A stretch of DNA of 64,000 bases from Alphaproteobacteria bacterium (GTDB taxonomy: Bacteria; Pseudomonadota; Alphaproteobacteria; UBA828): positions 1,696,001-1,760,000 of the forward strand of contig OZ243972.1 in assembly GCA_965214705.1 (NCBI GenBank). The letters are read 5' to 3'. Each line of letters begins with the position of its first letter. Within the stretch, counting starts at the first letter, position 1. Under the pieces are notes generated by a model. The model was not told the origin of the DNA. It made no database searches and worked only from the letters and a program-made list of their open reading frames with translations. Positions 9,118 to 19,715 of this stretch are shown here, one piece after another. Position numbers and translations under genes: made by a program.

Positions 9118-10245
9118 GTGAGAATCAGCGAGATCGTCACGACGCCGCTCTGGATTCCCTACAAGCAGCCCTATCACTGGGCCCAGGGCATCACTCTCGG
9201 CGCCGGCGTGGTGTTGGTGGAGGTCCGTACCGACGAGGGCGTGACCGGCTACGGAGAGTCGATCGCCACGCCCTCGGCTGACGGGATCTGCGCCTATCTG
9301 TCTCTCGCGGCCGATGTCTGCATCGGCCGCAGCCCGTTCGAGAACGCTCGGCTGATGGGCGAGGCCTACCACACACTCTTCCAGTTGAAGGGCACCTGCA
9401 GCGCACCGCGCTTCGCGGGCCAGGTGCTGGCCGGCCTGGAGATGGCGCTCTGGGACGTCATGGGCAAGGCGGTGGGCCGTCCCGTCCATGAGCTGCTGGG
9501 CGGAAGGGTGCGCGACGAGGTTCGCTACTTCGGTTTCCCCCAAGGCGAGACCGCCGAGGAACTGGCCACCCAGGCGGCTCGCTTCGCAGAGGCCGGTTGC
9601 GACGTGATCTACGTCAAGGTAGGCCGCGGCGACGAACTCGATGCGGAAATCGTGGCGAAGGTGCGGGACGCCATCGGGCCAGAGAGGCGCTTGAGGGTGG
9701 ATCCCAACGAGCACTGGTCACCCGCACGGGCTGTTCGCATGATCCGCAAGCTCTCAGCGTTTGATATCGACCTCGTCGAGCAGCCGACGCATGCGGAGAG
9801 CATCGACGCGTTGGCGCAGGTGCGGGCCCGTAGCCCCGTCGCGGTCGCGGCAGACCAGAGCGTCTTCACGCCGCAGGAAGCCTTTCACGCCTGTCGCCAG
9901 AACGCCGCCGATCTTATCGTCATCGGCCTGCATGAGACTGGCGGCCTGCGGCGCTTCTGCGAAGTCGCCCACGTCGCCGCGGCGGCGAATGTCGAGGTCT
10001 GCATCCACGGCCTCTATGAGACCGGGATCACCACGGCGGCGGCGAACCAGGTGGCGGCGGTAACCCCCAACCTCGACGACGGCAACCAGTACATGATCGA
10101 CTTGCTGGCCTGGGACGTCGCGAAGAGCCCCGACCTGACGCTGCAGCGCGGCACGCTGCCCGTACTGGACGGTCCGGGACTGGGCTTCGAGCTCGATGAG
10201 GACGCCGTCGCCCGCGCCGCCCAAGCGTGGAATGACAGGAGCTGA
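9118..10245 (+). CDS. Mandelate racemase/muconate lactonizing enzyme (enolase superfamily)
   Basis: GLEMALWDVMGK, YVKVG, LRVDPNE, VEQP, GPGLG; GTG start after GGAGG. Confidence 0.9.
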   Translation: MRISEIVTTPLWIPYKQPYHWAQGITLGAGVVLVEVRTDEGVTGYGESIATPSADGICAYLSLAADVCIGRSPFENARLMGEAYHTLFQLKGTCSAPRFAGQVLAGLEMALWDVMGKAVGRPVHELLGGRVRDEVRYFGFPQGETAEELATQAARFAEAGCDVIYVKVGRGDELDAEIVAKVRDAIGPERRLRVDPNEHWSPARAVRMIRKLSAFDIDLVEQPTHAESIDALAQVRARSPVAVAADQSVFTPQEAFHACRQNAADLIVIGLHETGGLRRFCEVAHVAAAANVEVCIHGLYETGITTAAANQVAAVTPNLDDGNQYMIDLLAWDVAKSPDLTLQRGTLPVLDGPGLGFELDEDAVARAAQAWNDRS

Positions 10246-10331
10246 GAGCGCCCACCGTCCTAAACCGTGTCGGTGTCCCCATCCCACGTTGGGCGAGGCG
10301 GCATCTCGGTTCTCCCCGAGTAGACTGCTCC

Positions 10332-10979
10332 CTATGCCTCTCCGCCGCCGGCGTCTTCGTTGGTTGGCTCCGCCGAGGAGTCCTTCATCATCTTCCTGGT
10401 GCTCTCCCTGTCGAACACCGACACGGAAAGCATCAAGGCATCCTCTTCGCCCAGGGCGACGAACCCGTGGGGCATCAGGCTATCGAAATGGACCGAATCG
10501 CCCTGCTCCAGAACGGTCGGGCTGTAGGGCTCCATGTAGAACCGCACGCTGCCACGCAGGATGTAGATGATTTCCTCGCCCGCATGGGTGCTCATGGCTG
10601 CCGGCTCGCCTCGTCCCGCCGGCACCCGAACCACCGCAGGCTGAAGCGCCTTCATCGCGATTTCGCTGCTCAGCGCCTCGTATTCACCCAGCGGTGTTTC
10701 GTAGCGGACGCCCCCGCCCGCCCGCGTGATCGTCCGGGCGCCGTGCGCAAAGGTGTAGAAGCTCTCGCCCAGGAGCGCGAGGAGGTCGAGGCCGAGGCCG
10801 TCGGCAAGGCGGGTTAGCACGTCGAAGTTGGGGGATGACTGGTTGTTTTCGATCTTCGAGAGGGTCGAGATCGCGACGCCCGTCTTGGCGCTGACCGCCG
10901 CAAGGGTCAGGTTGTTGTTCTTTCTCAGGCGTTGCAGCGCCCTGCCGATGTTGTTCCGCTCGTGCCGCTCAGCCGCCAT
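10332..10979 (-). CDS. XRE-family HTH regulator with cupin domain
   Basis: STLSKIENNQSSP helix-turn-helix; HAGEE...GDSVHFDSLMPH cupin. Confidence 0.9.
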   Translation of the reverse strand: MAAERHERNNIGRALQRLRKNNNLTLAAVSAKTGVAISTLSKIENNQSSPNFDVLTRLADGLGLDLLALLGESFYTFAHGARTITRAGGGVRYETPLGEYEALSSEIAMKALQPAVVRVPAGRGEPAAMSTHAGEEIIYILRGSVRFYMEPYSPTVLEQGDSVHFDSLMPHGFVALGEEDALMLSVSVFDRESTRKMMKDSSAEPTNEDAGGGEA

Positions 10980-11101
10980 GGGAGCCTCGAGTCCGCTCGT
11001 GTCTCGTCGCGAAAACAGTACCACCGACCTGCGCTGATGCCAGCGGCCGTCGTTCACCTCACCGGCGAGCCGGCCCTCGTGCTGCCCCGGCGCCCGCCGG
11101 A

Positions 11102-12330
11102 TCAGGCCCGAGCCACCGGCGGGATGTAGTCCTCCAGGTCCTCCTCGCCGAAGCGGACGGTGCGCCCCAGCTCGGCGGAGCGATAGAGCGCCATGAGTAT
11201 CTCGGTCACGGCGAGACCGTCGCGGAAGGTCTCCGTGGGCGTCGTGCCGGTGCGGAAGCACTCCACCATGTGGCGGTTCTCGCTGGTGTAGCCGTAGACC
11301 CCGGCCTCGTCCTCCAGCGCCGGCATCAGGCCCTGCTCGGCGTTCTGCTTCCCTCGCCGGCGGCACCCTTGACCGCACGCGAGATGAAGACCTTGAGCCC
11401 GGTGCCGAGGGAAGAGAACTCCATCGAGTATTCCGGGCCCAGCAGCTCAAGCTGGATGCGCAAGCCGGCGCCGACATAGGCCCAGGACGTGGTGGTCTCG
11501 ATCATTGCCTCGTTGCCGTCCGGATCCTCCAGAACCAGCGTGCCGCGCGCGAAGTCCTCGGCGGGCCTGCGGCCATAGTCGACCTCTCGCCCCATCTCGC
11601 GCTTGAGGCGCCGCACGTAAGCCGGCCGGGTCCACTTGAGGTTGGCGATGGTGGCGTTGGCGCTCACCACCCTGAGCGTGTCGCGCGCCTCACCCGGCGC
11701 GGTCAGCAGGTGGCGCGCGACCTCCACTGAGTGGCACATCATGTCCGACAGCACGCCGCCGCCCTGCTTCTCGCCCTGCCAGAACCAGGGCATGTGCGGG
11801 CCGGAATGCTCCTCGGCCGCGCGCGCGAGATAGGGCCGGCCGGTGAGCGGCACGGCGCGGCGCCAGATGATCTCCTTGCCGCGCTCGACCGCGGTCGAGA
11901 ACACCTGGTTCTCCAAGTAGCCGGTGGCGAGCCTGGCGTCGTCCGCAAGCCGGACCATGGCGCGGGCCTCGGCCAGATTGCGCGCGAGGGGTTTTTCGCA
12001 GGCGATGCCGCGCAGCCGCTTGCCGCCCTTCACCGCCTTGTGGATCGCCTCCATCGTGGCGACGCGGGTGTCGTTGGGCGAGAGGATCCAGAGCGCATCC
12101 ACGTCCTTCGCGCGGATCAGCTTGTCGAGCGACGAATGAGCCGTGCAGGGGCCGAGGTCGAGCTCGTTGGCACGCGCGGCGAGCGCGCTGCGGCTCTCCT
12201 TCGTCGGGCTGTAAACCCCGGTGATGGCGCAGTTGCGCACGCCGGTGAAGGATTCGAGGTGGAAGCGCGCTATGAAGCCCGCGCCGATCATCCCGATACG
12301 CAGCGTCTTCAGCGGCTTGCGCTGGGCCAT
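11102..12330 (-). pseudogene. Gfo/Idh/MocA oxidoreductase, frameshifted near 11350
   Basis: IGAGFIA, CEKPL, GGGVLSDMMCHS; the C-terminal part (KQNAEQGLMPALEDE...) continues in another frame. Confidence 0.8.
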
Positions 12331-12496
12331 GGTCTCTTCCTCCTCGTGCCGTCGGCGTGGACCGGCATTATGGCACTTGATCCCTGGACGCCGAACCACG
12401 CCGGAGCGCCCATGACCGTGGCAGGACATCCGCGTTAGAGTACGGGTGCGCGCAAGCGACACCGTCGGGCCGATTGCCGCTTCGGGAGGCAGCGTC

Positions 12497-13570
12497 ATGG
12501 AACTCGGCATGCTGATGATGCCGTTGCACCGGCCAGAGCGGCCGTTCCTCACGGTGCTGCGCGAGGACCAGGAGGCGATCGTGCTCGCGGACGAGCTGGG
12601 CTTCAGCGAGGTCTACGTCGGCGAGCACTATTCCAACAAGCCGGAGCAGATCACCTCGCCCTTCATCTTCCTCGCGACCCTGATCGAGCGCACCAGGCAG
12701 ATCAAGTTCGGCACAGGCGTCATCAACCTGCCGCAGCAGCACCCGGCCATCGTCGCCGCCCACGCTGCGATGTTCGACCAGCTCACCGAGGGCCGCTTCA
12801 TATTCGGCATCGGTCCCGGCGGCTCGCCCGGCGACTTCGAGATGTTCAAGCTGAACAACCCGCCGGACCGGCCCAGGATGATGCAGGAGTCCATCGAGAC
12901 GATCCTGAAGATCTGGTCGCAGGAGCCGCCCTACGAGTTCCCCGGCGGCTACTGGGATTTTCGGATCAAGGACGCCTACCGCAGCGATCTCGGCGTGGGC
13001 GTCATGGCCCGGCCCTACCAGACACCGCACCCGCCCATCGCCGTCTCGATCATGAGCCCGCGCTCCGGCAGTGCGCGGACCGCCGGCGCGCACGGCTGGA
13101 TACCGATCTCCGCAAACTTCACCCCGGCCTGCCACGTCAAGACCCACTGGGAGGCCTATTCGGAAGGCTGCGAAGCGGAGGGACGCGAGCCCGACCCTGC
13201 GATCTGGCGCGCGGCCCGCAGCATCCTCGTGACCGAGAGCGACGCCGAGGCCGAGGACTACCTGGCCGACCCCGACAACACGCTCGCCTTCTACTTCAAC
13301 TACCTGCGCACGGTGCTGCTCGACGCCGACTTCGGCGCGCTGCTGAAGGACGACCCCGCCATGTCGGACGAGGCGGTCACCACCCGGTACATGCTGGATG
13401 CGATGGTCGTGGCCGGCAGCCCCAGAACCGTGACCCAAAAACTCGTGGCCTTTCGCGAGGAGGTCGGCGACTTCGGCACCCTGATCGCGACCGCGCACGA
13501 CTGGGACGACGAAGCTCGTTGGCGCCGCTCCATGCGTCTGCTCGCCGACGAGGTCGTCCCGCACCTCTAG
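12497..13570 (+). CDS. LLM-class (luciferase-like) flavin-dependent oxidoreductase
   Basis: ADELGFSEVYVGEH, IKFGTGV, GRFIFGIGPG, PHPPI. Confidence 0.9.
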   Translation: MELGMLMMPLHRPERPFLTVLREDQEAIVLADELGFSEVYVGEHYSNKPEQITSPFIFLATLIERTRQIKFGTGVINLPQQHPAIVAAHAAMFDQLTEGRFIFGIGPGGSPGDFEMFKLNNPPDRPRMMQESIETILKIWSQEPPYEFPGGYWDFRIKDAYRSDLGVGVMARPYQTPHPPIAVSIMSPRSGSARTAGAHGWIPISANFTPACHVKTHWEAYSEGCEAEGREPDPAIWRAARSILVTESDAEAEDYLADPDNTLAFYFNYLRTVLLDADFGALLKDDPAMSDEAVTTRYMLDAMVVAGSPRTVTQKLVAFREEVGDFGTLIATAHDWDDEARWRRSMRLLADEVVPHL

Positions 13571-13582
13571 CGGGGACGCACG

Positions 13583-15073
13583 ATGGCTTCCACCGACTAC
13601 GATCTCGTGATACGCGGCGGCACAGTGGCCACGGCCGCCGACACGGTCGCCTGCGACGTGGGCATCCGCGGCGGCCGCATCGTCGCGTTAGCGGAGGGTC
13701 TAAGTGCCGGCGCTGACGAGATCGACGCCCGCGGAAACCTCGTGCTGCCGGGCGGGGTCGACAGCCACTGCCACATCGACCAGCCATCGTCCATGGGCGC
13801 CACCACGGCCGACGACTTCCGCTCCGGCTCCATCTCCGCCGCCTGCGGCGGCACCACCTGCATCATCCCCTTCGCAGCGCAGCACCGGGGGCAATCGCTC
13901 CGCGCCGTGGTCGAAGACTACCACGCGCGTGCCCGCGGCAAGGCTGTGATCGATTACGCCTTCCACCTGATCGTCTCGGACCCGACCGAGCAGGTGCTCG
14001 GTCAGGAGCTGCCGGCGCTGATCAAGGACGGCTACACCTCGTTCAAGATCTACATGACCTACGACGCGCTCAAGCTGGACGACCGCCAGGTCCTCGACGT
14101 GCTGGCAGCGGCGCGGCGCGAGGGCGCCATGGTGATGGTCCACGCCGAGAACCACGACGTCATCGCCTGGCTCACGGAGCGGCTGATCGGCGCCGGCCGT
14201 TCCGCCCCCCAGTTCCATGCGGTGGCCCATGCCGCGGCGGCCGAGCGCGAGGCCACTCACCGGGCGATCACGCTTGCCGAGATCGTCGACCTGCCGATCC
14301 TGATCGTGCATGTCTCGGCGCGGGCGGCGATGGAGGAGATCCGCGTCGCCAAGGCACGGGGGCTCAGACTCTACGCCGAGACCTGCCCGCAGTATCTCTT
14401 CCTCACCGCCGCCGACCTCGACCGCGAGGGCTTCGAGGGCGCCAAGTACGTCTGTAGCCCGCCGCCGCGCGATGCGGCGAACCAGGAGCACGTCTGGCGC
14501 GGGCTGGAGGGCGGCGTGTTCGACGTCTTCTCGTCCGACCACGCGCCTTATCGCTACGACGATCCGGAGGGCAAGCAGATGCACGGCAAGGGCGCGCCCT
14601 TCAACCGGATCGCGAACGGCGTGCCGGGGCTCGAAATCCGCCTGCCGATGCTGTTCTCGGCCGGCGTGGGCTCGGGACGCATAAGCCTCAACCGCTTCGT
14701 CGACCTCTGCTGCACCCGGCCGGCGAAGCTCTACGGCCTCTATCCGCGCAAGGGCTCCATCGCGGTGGGCGGCGACGCCGACATCGCGATCTGGGACCCC
14801 GAGCGGCGGGTGACGATCTCGCAAGACATGCTGCACGACAATCTCGACTACACGCCCTACGAGGGCCGCACGGTCACGGGCTGGCCGGTGACCACGCTCT
14901 CCCGCGGCACGGTCGTCTGGGACGACGGCGCGGTGCTAGGCGAGCCGGGGCGCGGCGAATTTCTGCGTTGCGACCTGCCGGCCGCCGCACATCCGCTCGG
15001 CCGGCGGGTCCACGGCTTTGCGCCCGAGAGCGGCGACTACGACGCCCCATGGGTGGGGGAGAGCGAAACATGA
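13583..15073 (+). CDS. hydA: Dihydropyrimidinase / D-hydantoinase
   Basis: PGGVDSHCH, SFKIYMTY, VHAEN, ETCPQYL, SSDHAP, GGDADI. Confidence 0.93.
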   Translation: MASTDYDLVIRGGTVATAADTVACDVGIRGGRIVALAEGLSAGADEIDARGNLVLPGGVDSHCHIDQPSSMGATTADDFRSGSISAACGGTTCIIPFAAQHRGQSLRAVVEDYHARARGKAVIDYAFHLIVSDPTEQVLGQELPALIKDGYTSFKIYMTYDALKLDDRQVLDVLAAARREGAMVMVHAENHDVIAWLTERLIGAGRSAPQFHAVAHAAAAEREATHRAITLAEIVDLPILIVHVSARAAMEEIRVAKARGLRLYAETCPQYLFLTAADLDREGFEGAKYVCSPPPRDAANQEHVWRGLEGGVFDVFSSDHAPYRYDDPEGKQMHGKGAPFNRIANGVPGLEIRLPMLFSAGVGSGRISLNRFVDLCCTRPAKLYGLYPRKGSIAVGGDADIAIWDPERRVTISQDMLHDNLDYTPYEGRTVTGWPVTTLSRGTVVWDDGAVLGEPGRGEFLRCDLPAAAHPLGRRVHGFAPESGDYDAPWVGESET

Positions 15074-16014
15074 GCCGGATCGTCACCGTCGCGGCCGCGC
15101 AGCTCGGCCCCATCGCGCGCGACGAGCCGCGGGCTAACGTGGTCGCGCGCATGATCGCCCTGATGCGCGAGGCGGCAGAGCGCGGTGCCGACCTCGTGGT
15201 CTATCCGGAGCTTGCGCTGACCACGTTCTTCCCGCGCTGGCTGCTCGACGACGCGGAGGCGGACGCCTTCTTCGAGACGGAGATGCCGGGCCCGGAGACC
15301 CGGCCGCTCTTCGAGGAGGCTGCCGCCCTCGGCGTCGCCTTCCACCTCGGCTACGCCGAGCTTGCGCGGGAGGAGGGGGAGACCCGCCGCTTCAATACCG
15401 CCATCCTGGTAGACAAGACAGGCGCGATCGTCGGCAAATACCGCAAGGTCCATCTGCCGGGCCACGCCGAGCACGAGCCCGAGCGCGAGTTCCAGCACCT
15501 GGAGAAGCGCTACTTCGAGGTCGGCAATCTCGGCTTCCCGGTGTGGGAGGCGCTCGGCGGCCGCGTCGGCATGCTGATCTGCAACGACCGGCGCTGGCCC
15601 GAGGCCTTCCGCGTGCTCGGCCTGCAGGGCGTCGAGCTGGTGCTGATCGGCTACAACACGCCAACGCTCAACGGCCTCGCCTTCGAGCCGCCGCACCGGC
15701 GGGCCTTCCACAACCACCTCTCCATGCAGGCCGGCGCCTATCAGAACGGGGCCTGGGTGGTGGGTGTCGCCAAGGCCGGCCGGGAGGAGGGCGTCGACAT
15801 GCTGGGCGGCAGCGCTATCGTCTCGCCCAACGGCGAGATCGTGGCGCAGGCCCGCTCTGAGGACGACGAGGTCGTCGTCGTCGCCTGCGACCTGGACGAC
15901 GGCGCGTTCCTGAAGTCGAGCACCTTCAACTTCGCGGCCCACCGCCGCACCGAGCATTACGGCCTGATCGTCGAGACCACGGGCCTCGTGCCGCCGCGCG
16001 GGAAGGCACCGTGA
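15070..16014 (+). CDS. N-carbamoyl-D-amino-acid hydrolase (nitrilase superfamily)
   Basis: PELALTTFFPR, YRKVHLPGH, QHLEKRYF, ICNDRRWPE; ATGA overlap with hydA. Confidence 0.92.
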   Translation: MSRIVTVAAAQLGPIARDEPRANVVARMIALMREAAERGADLVVYPELALTTFFPRWLLDDAEADAFFETEMPGPETRPLFEEAAALGVAFHLGYAELAREEGETRRFNTAILVDKTGAIVGKYRKVHLPGHAEHEPEREFQHLEKRYFEVGNLGFPVWEALGGRVGMLICNDRRWPEAFRVLGLQGVELVLIGYNTPTLNGLAFEPPHRRAFHNHLSMQAGAYQNGAWVVGVAKAGREEGVDMLGGSAIVSPNGEIVAQARSEDDEVVVVACDLDDGAFLKSSTFNFAAHRRTEHYGLIVETTGLVPPRGKAP

Positions 16015-16664
16015 GCGCCCGCATTCTCGTCATCAACCCGAACAGCAGCGCGACGGTCACCGACGATATCGCGCGCGCTGTGGATGGCCTGCGCTTCGAG
16101 GGCGGGCCTGCAATCGACTGCTTGACGCTGGCCGAAGGTCCGCCCGGCATCGAGACCCAGCGCCATGTCGACGAGGTGGTGACGCCGCTTTGCCGCACCA
16201 TCGAGCGGGAGAGCGCGGACGCGTTCGTCATCGCCTGCTTCTCCGACCCCGGCCTCCATGCGGCGCGGGAGGCGACCGGCACGCCGGTCTTCGGCATCGC
16301 GCAATGCGGCCTGCTGGCGGCGCTCGCGCGGGGCGAGCGCTTCGGAATCGTCGCCATTCTCGAGGGCTCGATCCCCCGACACCGGCGCTATATCGCGTCG
16401 CTTGGCCTGAGCGCACGCATGGCCGGCGAGCGCGCCATCGGGCTCGGGGTTACCCAGCTCGCGCAGGAAGAGGTCGTCGCCGCGCGCATGACCCAGGTGG
16501 CCGAGCAGCTCCGCGACGAGGACGGCGCCGACGTGATCGTTCTGGGCTGTGCCGGCATGGCCCGCTACCGGGCACCGCTCGAGGCGCATCTGGGCTGCCC
16601 CGTCATCGACCCCTCGCAGGCCGCGGTCGGCATGGCGCTCGCGATGCTCCGTAGCTCTCCCTGA
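16011..16664 (+). CDS. Hydantoin racemase (Asp/Glu racemase family)
   Basis: INPNSS, IACFSDPG, VLGCAGM; GTGA overlap with the upstream gene. Confidence 0.9.
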   Translation: MSARILVINPNSSATVTDDIARAVDGLRFEGGPAIDCLTLAEGPPGIETQRHVDEVVTPLCRTIERESADAFVIACFSDPGLHAAREATGTPVFGIAQCGLLAALARGERFGIVAILEGSIPRHRRYIASLGLSARMAGERAIGLGVTQLAQEEVVAARMTQVAEQLRDEDGADVIVLGCAGMARYRAPLEAHLGCPVIDPSQAAVGMALAMLRSSP

Positions 16665-16704
16665 CTTTAGGCTTGACATCACCGATAATGTGACATCATA
16701 TACG

Positions 16705-17121
16705 ATGCGATATGTGTTAGACACCAACGTCGTGGTCGCAGGGCTGCGCAGCCCGAGCGGCGCCTCCGCAGCGCTGCTCGACCATGCCTTGAGTGAAAGG
16801 TTCACGCTCTTGCTGTCCGTGGCTCTGACCTTGGAATACGAGGCGGTTTGCCGCGATCCCGCGCAGCGGATCGCGTCGGGATTGAGCGAAGAGGAGGTCT
16901 CGACCATCGTCTCGGCGCTCTGTGCGGTGTGCGAGCCGGTCGATGTGCGGTATCTGTGGCGCCCCCAGCTCCGCGATCCCGCCGACGAGATGGTGTTCGA
17001 GACTGCCGTGAACGGCAGAGCCGATGCTCTGGTGACGTTCAACCGGCGTGACTTCGGCGATGCCCCGGCGCAGTTCGGAATCGCGCTGCAGACGCCCCGG
17101 GAAGCCTTGAGGAGCTTGTGA
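16705..17121 (+). CDS. PIN-domain toxin
   Basis: VLDTNV, LEYE, LRDPADEMV, VTFNRRDF. Confidence 0.88.
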   Translation: MRYVLDTNVVVAGLRSPSGASAALLDHALSERFTLLLSVALTLEYEAVCRDPAQRIASGLSEEEVSTIVSALCAVCEPVDVRYLWRPQLRDPADEMVFETAVNGRADALVTFNRRDFGDAPAQFGIALQTPREALRSL

Positions 17122-17375
17122 TGGCGAAGAAGGAGACCAGCACCTACCCGCTGCGGCTGCCCAAGTCCTTGAAGGAGGCCGCCGCGCACATCGCCAGGGA
17201 AGATGGCACCAGCTTCAACCAATTCGTGGCGACCGCTGTCGCCGAAAAGGTTTCCGCCATGAAAACCGCCGATTTCTTCGCCGCCCGAAAAGCCGACGCC
17301 GACATCGAGGCGGCGCGCCGCCTGCTGCGCAGGGAGGGCGGCCAGCCGCCGGAGCCCGAAGACCGGTTGCCATAA
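17121..17375 (+). CDS. Ribbon-helix-helix (HicB-like) antitoxin
   Basis: YPLRLPKSL...EDGTSFNQFV; TGATG coupling to the PIN gene. Confidence 0.8.
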   Translation: MAKKETSTYPLRLPKSLKEAAAHIAREDGTSFNQFVATAVAEKVSAMKTADFFAARKADADIEAARRLLRREGGQPPEPEDRLP

Positions 17376-17480
17376 TCGGGTTGAGAAATCCGGAGTATCA
17401 CGAAAATTTGACGGTGACTCCCGAAGACTGGCAGCATACGAGTCGCGATTGAGTGCATACATCCTGTTCGAGGACGCAGG

Positions 17481-18356
17481 ATGTTTGACGGAAGAATGGC
17501 AGCGGCCGCCAAGGCTGCGGAACAGATCGTGGCCGACGCGACACCATCGGCTCACCCGCATGGGCCGGAACTGCCGGACATGTCCGGCAGCTACGGCCGC
17601 TATATCTCTTCGGGCCTCTACGACCGGCGGTACCCGCGCCCGAACCGGCGCACGCTGCGCAAGATGAAACGGTGCCTGGTCGCCGGTGGCCGGTTTCTCG
17701 ACGTCGGCGCCGGCACCGGGCGCTACACCCTGCCGCTCCTGCAAATGAGCGGGACGCGCTGCGTGGCCCACGACATCAGCCCGGTCGCGCGCGAGACGCT
17801 GTCGGAGCGCCTGCGCGGCTTCGTGAGCGACGAACGCCTGATCATCCGGGGGGATGACCCCGACGACCTGGCCGCCGAGCTACCGCAGGCCTTCGACCTC
17901 GCGTTGCTGGCTTTCGGGGTCCTGGCACATGTTGCCCGGCGCAAAGAGCGCTTGCGCCTGCTGCGGGCCATCCGCACCATGCTGAAGGCGGAAGGCACGC
18001 TGATCCTCAGCGTGCCGAACGCGAGACGCCGGTTCCGCGCCGAGCAGCGCGATGCGGAGCCTCTGGTGCGCGAGGGCACGCTCGAGCCGGGCGACGTCCT
18101 TTACCAGCGCAACCAGGCCGACGGTAAGATTCGCCTATTCTACCACCTCTATACGCTCGACGAGGTGCATCGCGACCTTTCGGAGACTGGTTTCCGGGTG
18201 GCGAGCGTCGGGGCCGAGAGCCTGCTGTCCGAGCGGAAGGTCGTCAGTTCCCGGCCGATCGGCTGGCTCGACGCGCTGGCCTGCCAGTTCGCGCCGACGG
18301 AACTCGGCTACGATCTCCTGGCTGTTGCCCAGCCAAAGACTGCAGGCGACGTATAA
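17481..18356 (+). CDS. Class I SAM-dependent methyltransferase
   Basis: FLDVGAGTGR motif I, HDIS, LKAEGTLILSVPN. Confidence 0.85.
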   Translation: MFDGRMAAAAKAAEQIVADATPSAHPHGPELPDMSGSYGRYISSGLYDRRYPRPNRRTLRKMKRCLVAGGRFLDVGAGTGRYTLPLLQMSGTRCVAHDISPVARETLSERLRGFVSDERLIIRGDDPDDLAAELPQAFDLALLAFGVLAHVARRKERLRLLRAIRTMLKAEGTLILSVPNARRRFRAEQRDAEPLVREGTLEPGDVLYQRNQADGKIRLFYHLYTLDEVHRDLSETGFRVASVGAESLLSERKVVSSRPIGWLDALACQFAPTELGYDLLAVAQPKTAGDV

Positions 18357-18715
18357 ATGTTTTTCATAGCCCTCCCAGAAAAATTCTATTGGCAATTATC
18401 GTCCGGCGGTGCCATCTCTGAATAGCCGCCCACTGGCCGATCTTGCATAGATTTGGCGGAACGCGCGTCCAACTCCGCCAAGAACGGATCGCAAGGCAGG
18501 TTCCGGCCGGGAGGGGCGGGACCGGGTTCCTCCCTGCCCGCAGCTCCCGCCCCTTGGCCGCCGGCGACGGCCTACGCTGCCGCCGGCGGCCAGCGGTGTC
18601 TACAGCTCGCTCCCAATGCCTCTCCCCGGTGCTTTCCGCCATGACCCTGCCAAGACATGCGGTTTACGATAGGCACAAGCGCGACGGCCCCCCACGGCAT
18701 GAGGGAGAATGACCC

Positions 18716-19672
18716 ATGGCGACCGTGCTTCAGACAGACTTCGCCTGGCCCGACGTGAGCATCGAGCGTGCGGTGATCGAAGACGCCGGCCACATACTGG
18801 TGGCGGGCCCTTCCGAGCCAAGCCCGGCGGAGGCGGTCGAAGCCATGGTGGATGAACACGACCCCGCCGCCATCCTCACCTGCTGGGCCCAAATCTCCGC
18901 CGCCGCGATCGCACGCCCCTCGGCACTCAAGATCGTGCAGCGACTGGGCGTCGGGCTCGACAACATCGCGGTGGACGCGGCGACCGCGCGCGGCGCTTGG
19001 GTCGCCAACGTGCCGGACTATTGCGTAGAGGAGGTCTCGGACCACTCGGTGGCCATGGCCTACGCCTGGTTCCGCGGCGTCGTTCACTTCGACCGTGCCG
19101 TGAAGACGGGCGAGTGGGACCCCTCCGGCGCCCGCCTTCGCCGCGGCGCGACGCTGACCGCCGGCATCCTCGGCATGGGGCGCATCGGGCGCTGCACCGC
19201 GCGGAAGCTGGACGCGCTCGGCATGACCGTGCTGGGCCACGATATCGCCGCACCGCCGGAGGCCGTGCCGGCGCAGATGGTCGGGCTCGACCGGCTCGCT
19301 GCGGACTCCGACATCATCGTCGTCCACCTGCCGCTCACCGACGCGACGCACCACCTGGTGGACGCGGCGTTCCTCGCCGGCGTCAAGCCGGGCGCCTTCC
19401 TCATCAACGTGAGCCGCGGGCCGGTGGTCGACAACGATGAGCTGATCGAGGCGTTGGAGGCCGGCCGGCTCGCCGGCGCCGGCCTGGACGTGGTGGAGGG
19501 CGAGCCGAGCCCGCCCGCCGCGCTCGTCGCCCGTGCCGACGTGATCGCGACACCGCACGTGGCCTTCTCCTCCGATGCCTCGCTGGCGGAGCTCAGGCAG
19601 CGGGGCGCGGAGGAGGTGGTGCGGGTGCTCGCCGGCGACGCGCCGGTGAACGCGTGCAACCGGATTGACTGA
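18716..19672 (+). CDS. D-2-hydroxyacid dehydrogenase (CtBP-like)
   Basis: GVGLDNI, NVPDYC, GMGRIG, INVSRG, GAGLDV, TPH. Confidence 0.9.
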   Translation: MATVLQTDFAWPDVSIERAVIEDAGHILVAGPSEPSPAEAVEAMVDEHDPAAILTCWAQISAAAIARPSALKIVQRLGVGLDNIAVDAATARGAWVANVPDYCVEEVSDHSVAMAYAWFRGVVHFDRAVKTGEWDPSGARLRRGATLTAGILGMGRIGRCTARKLDALGMTVLGHDIAAPPEAVPAQMVGLDRLAADSDIIVVHLPLTDATHHLVDAAFLAGVKPGAFLINVSRGPVVDNDELIEALEAGRLAGAGLDVVEGEPSPPAALVARADVIATPHVAFSSDASLAELRQRGAEEVVRVLAGDAPVNACNRID

Positions 19673-19715
19673 CGGGCCAGGGCGCTCGTATCGCGCACCG
19701 GCAAAGGAGGGGCCG

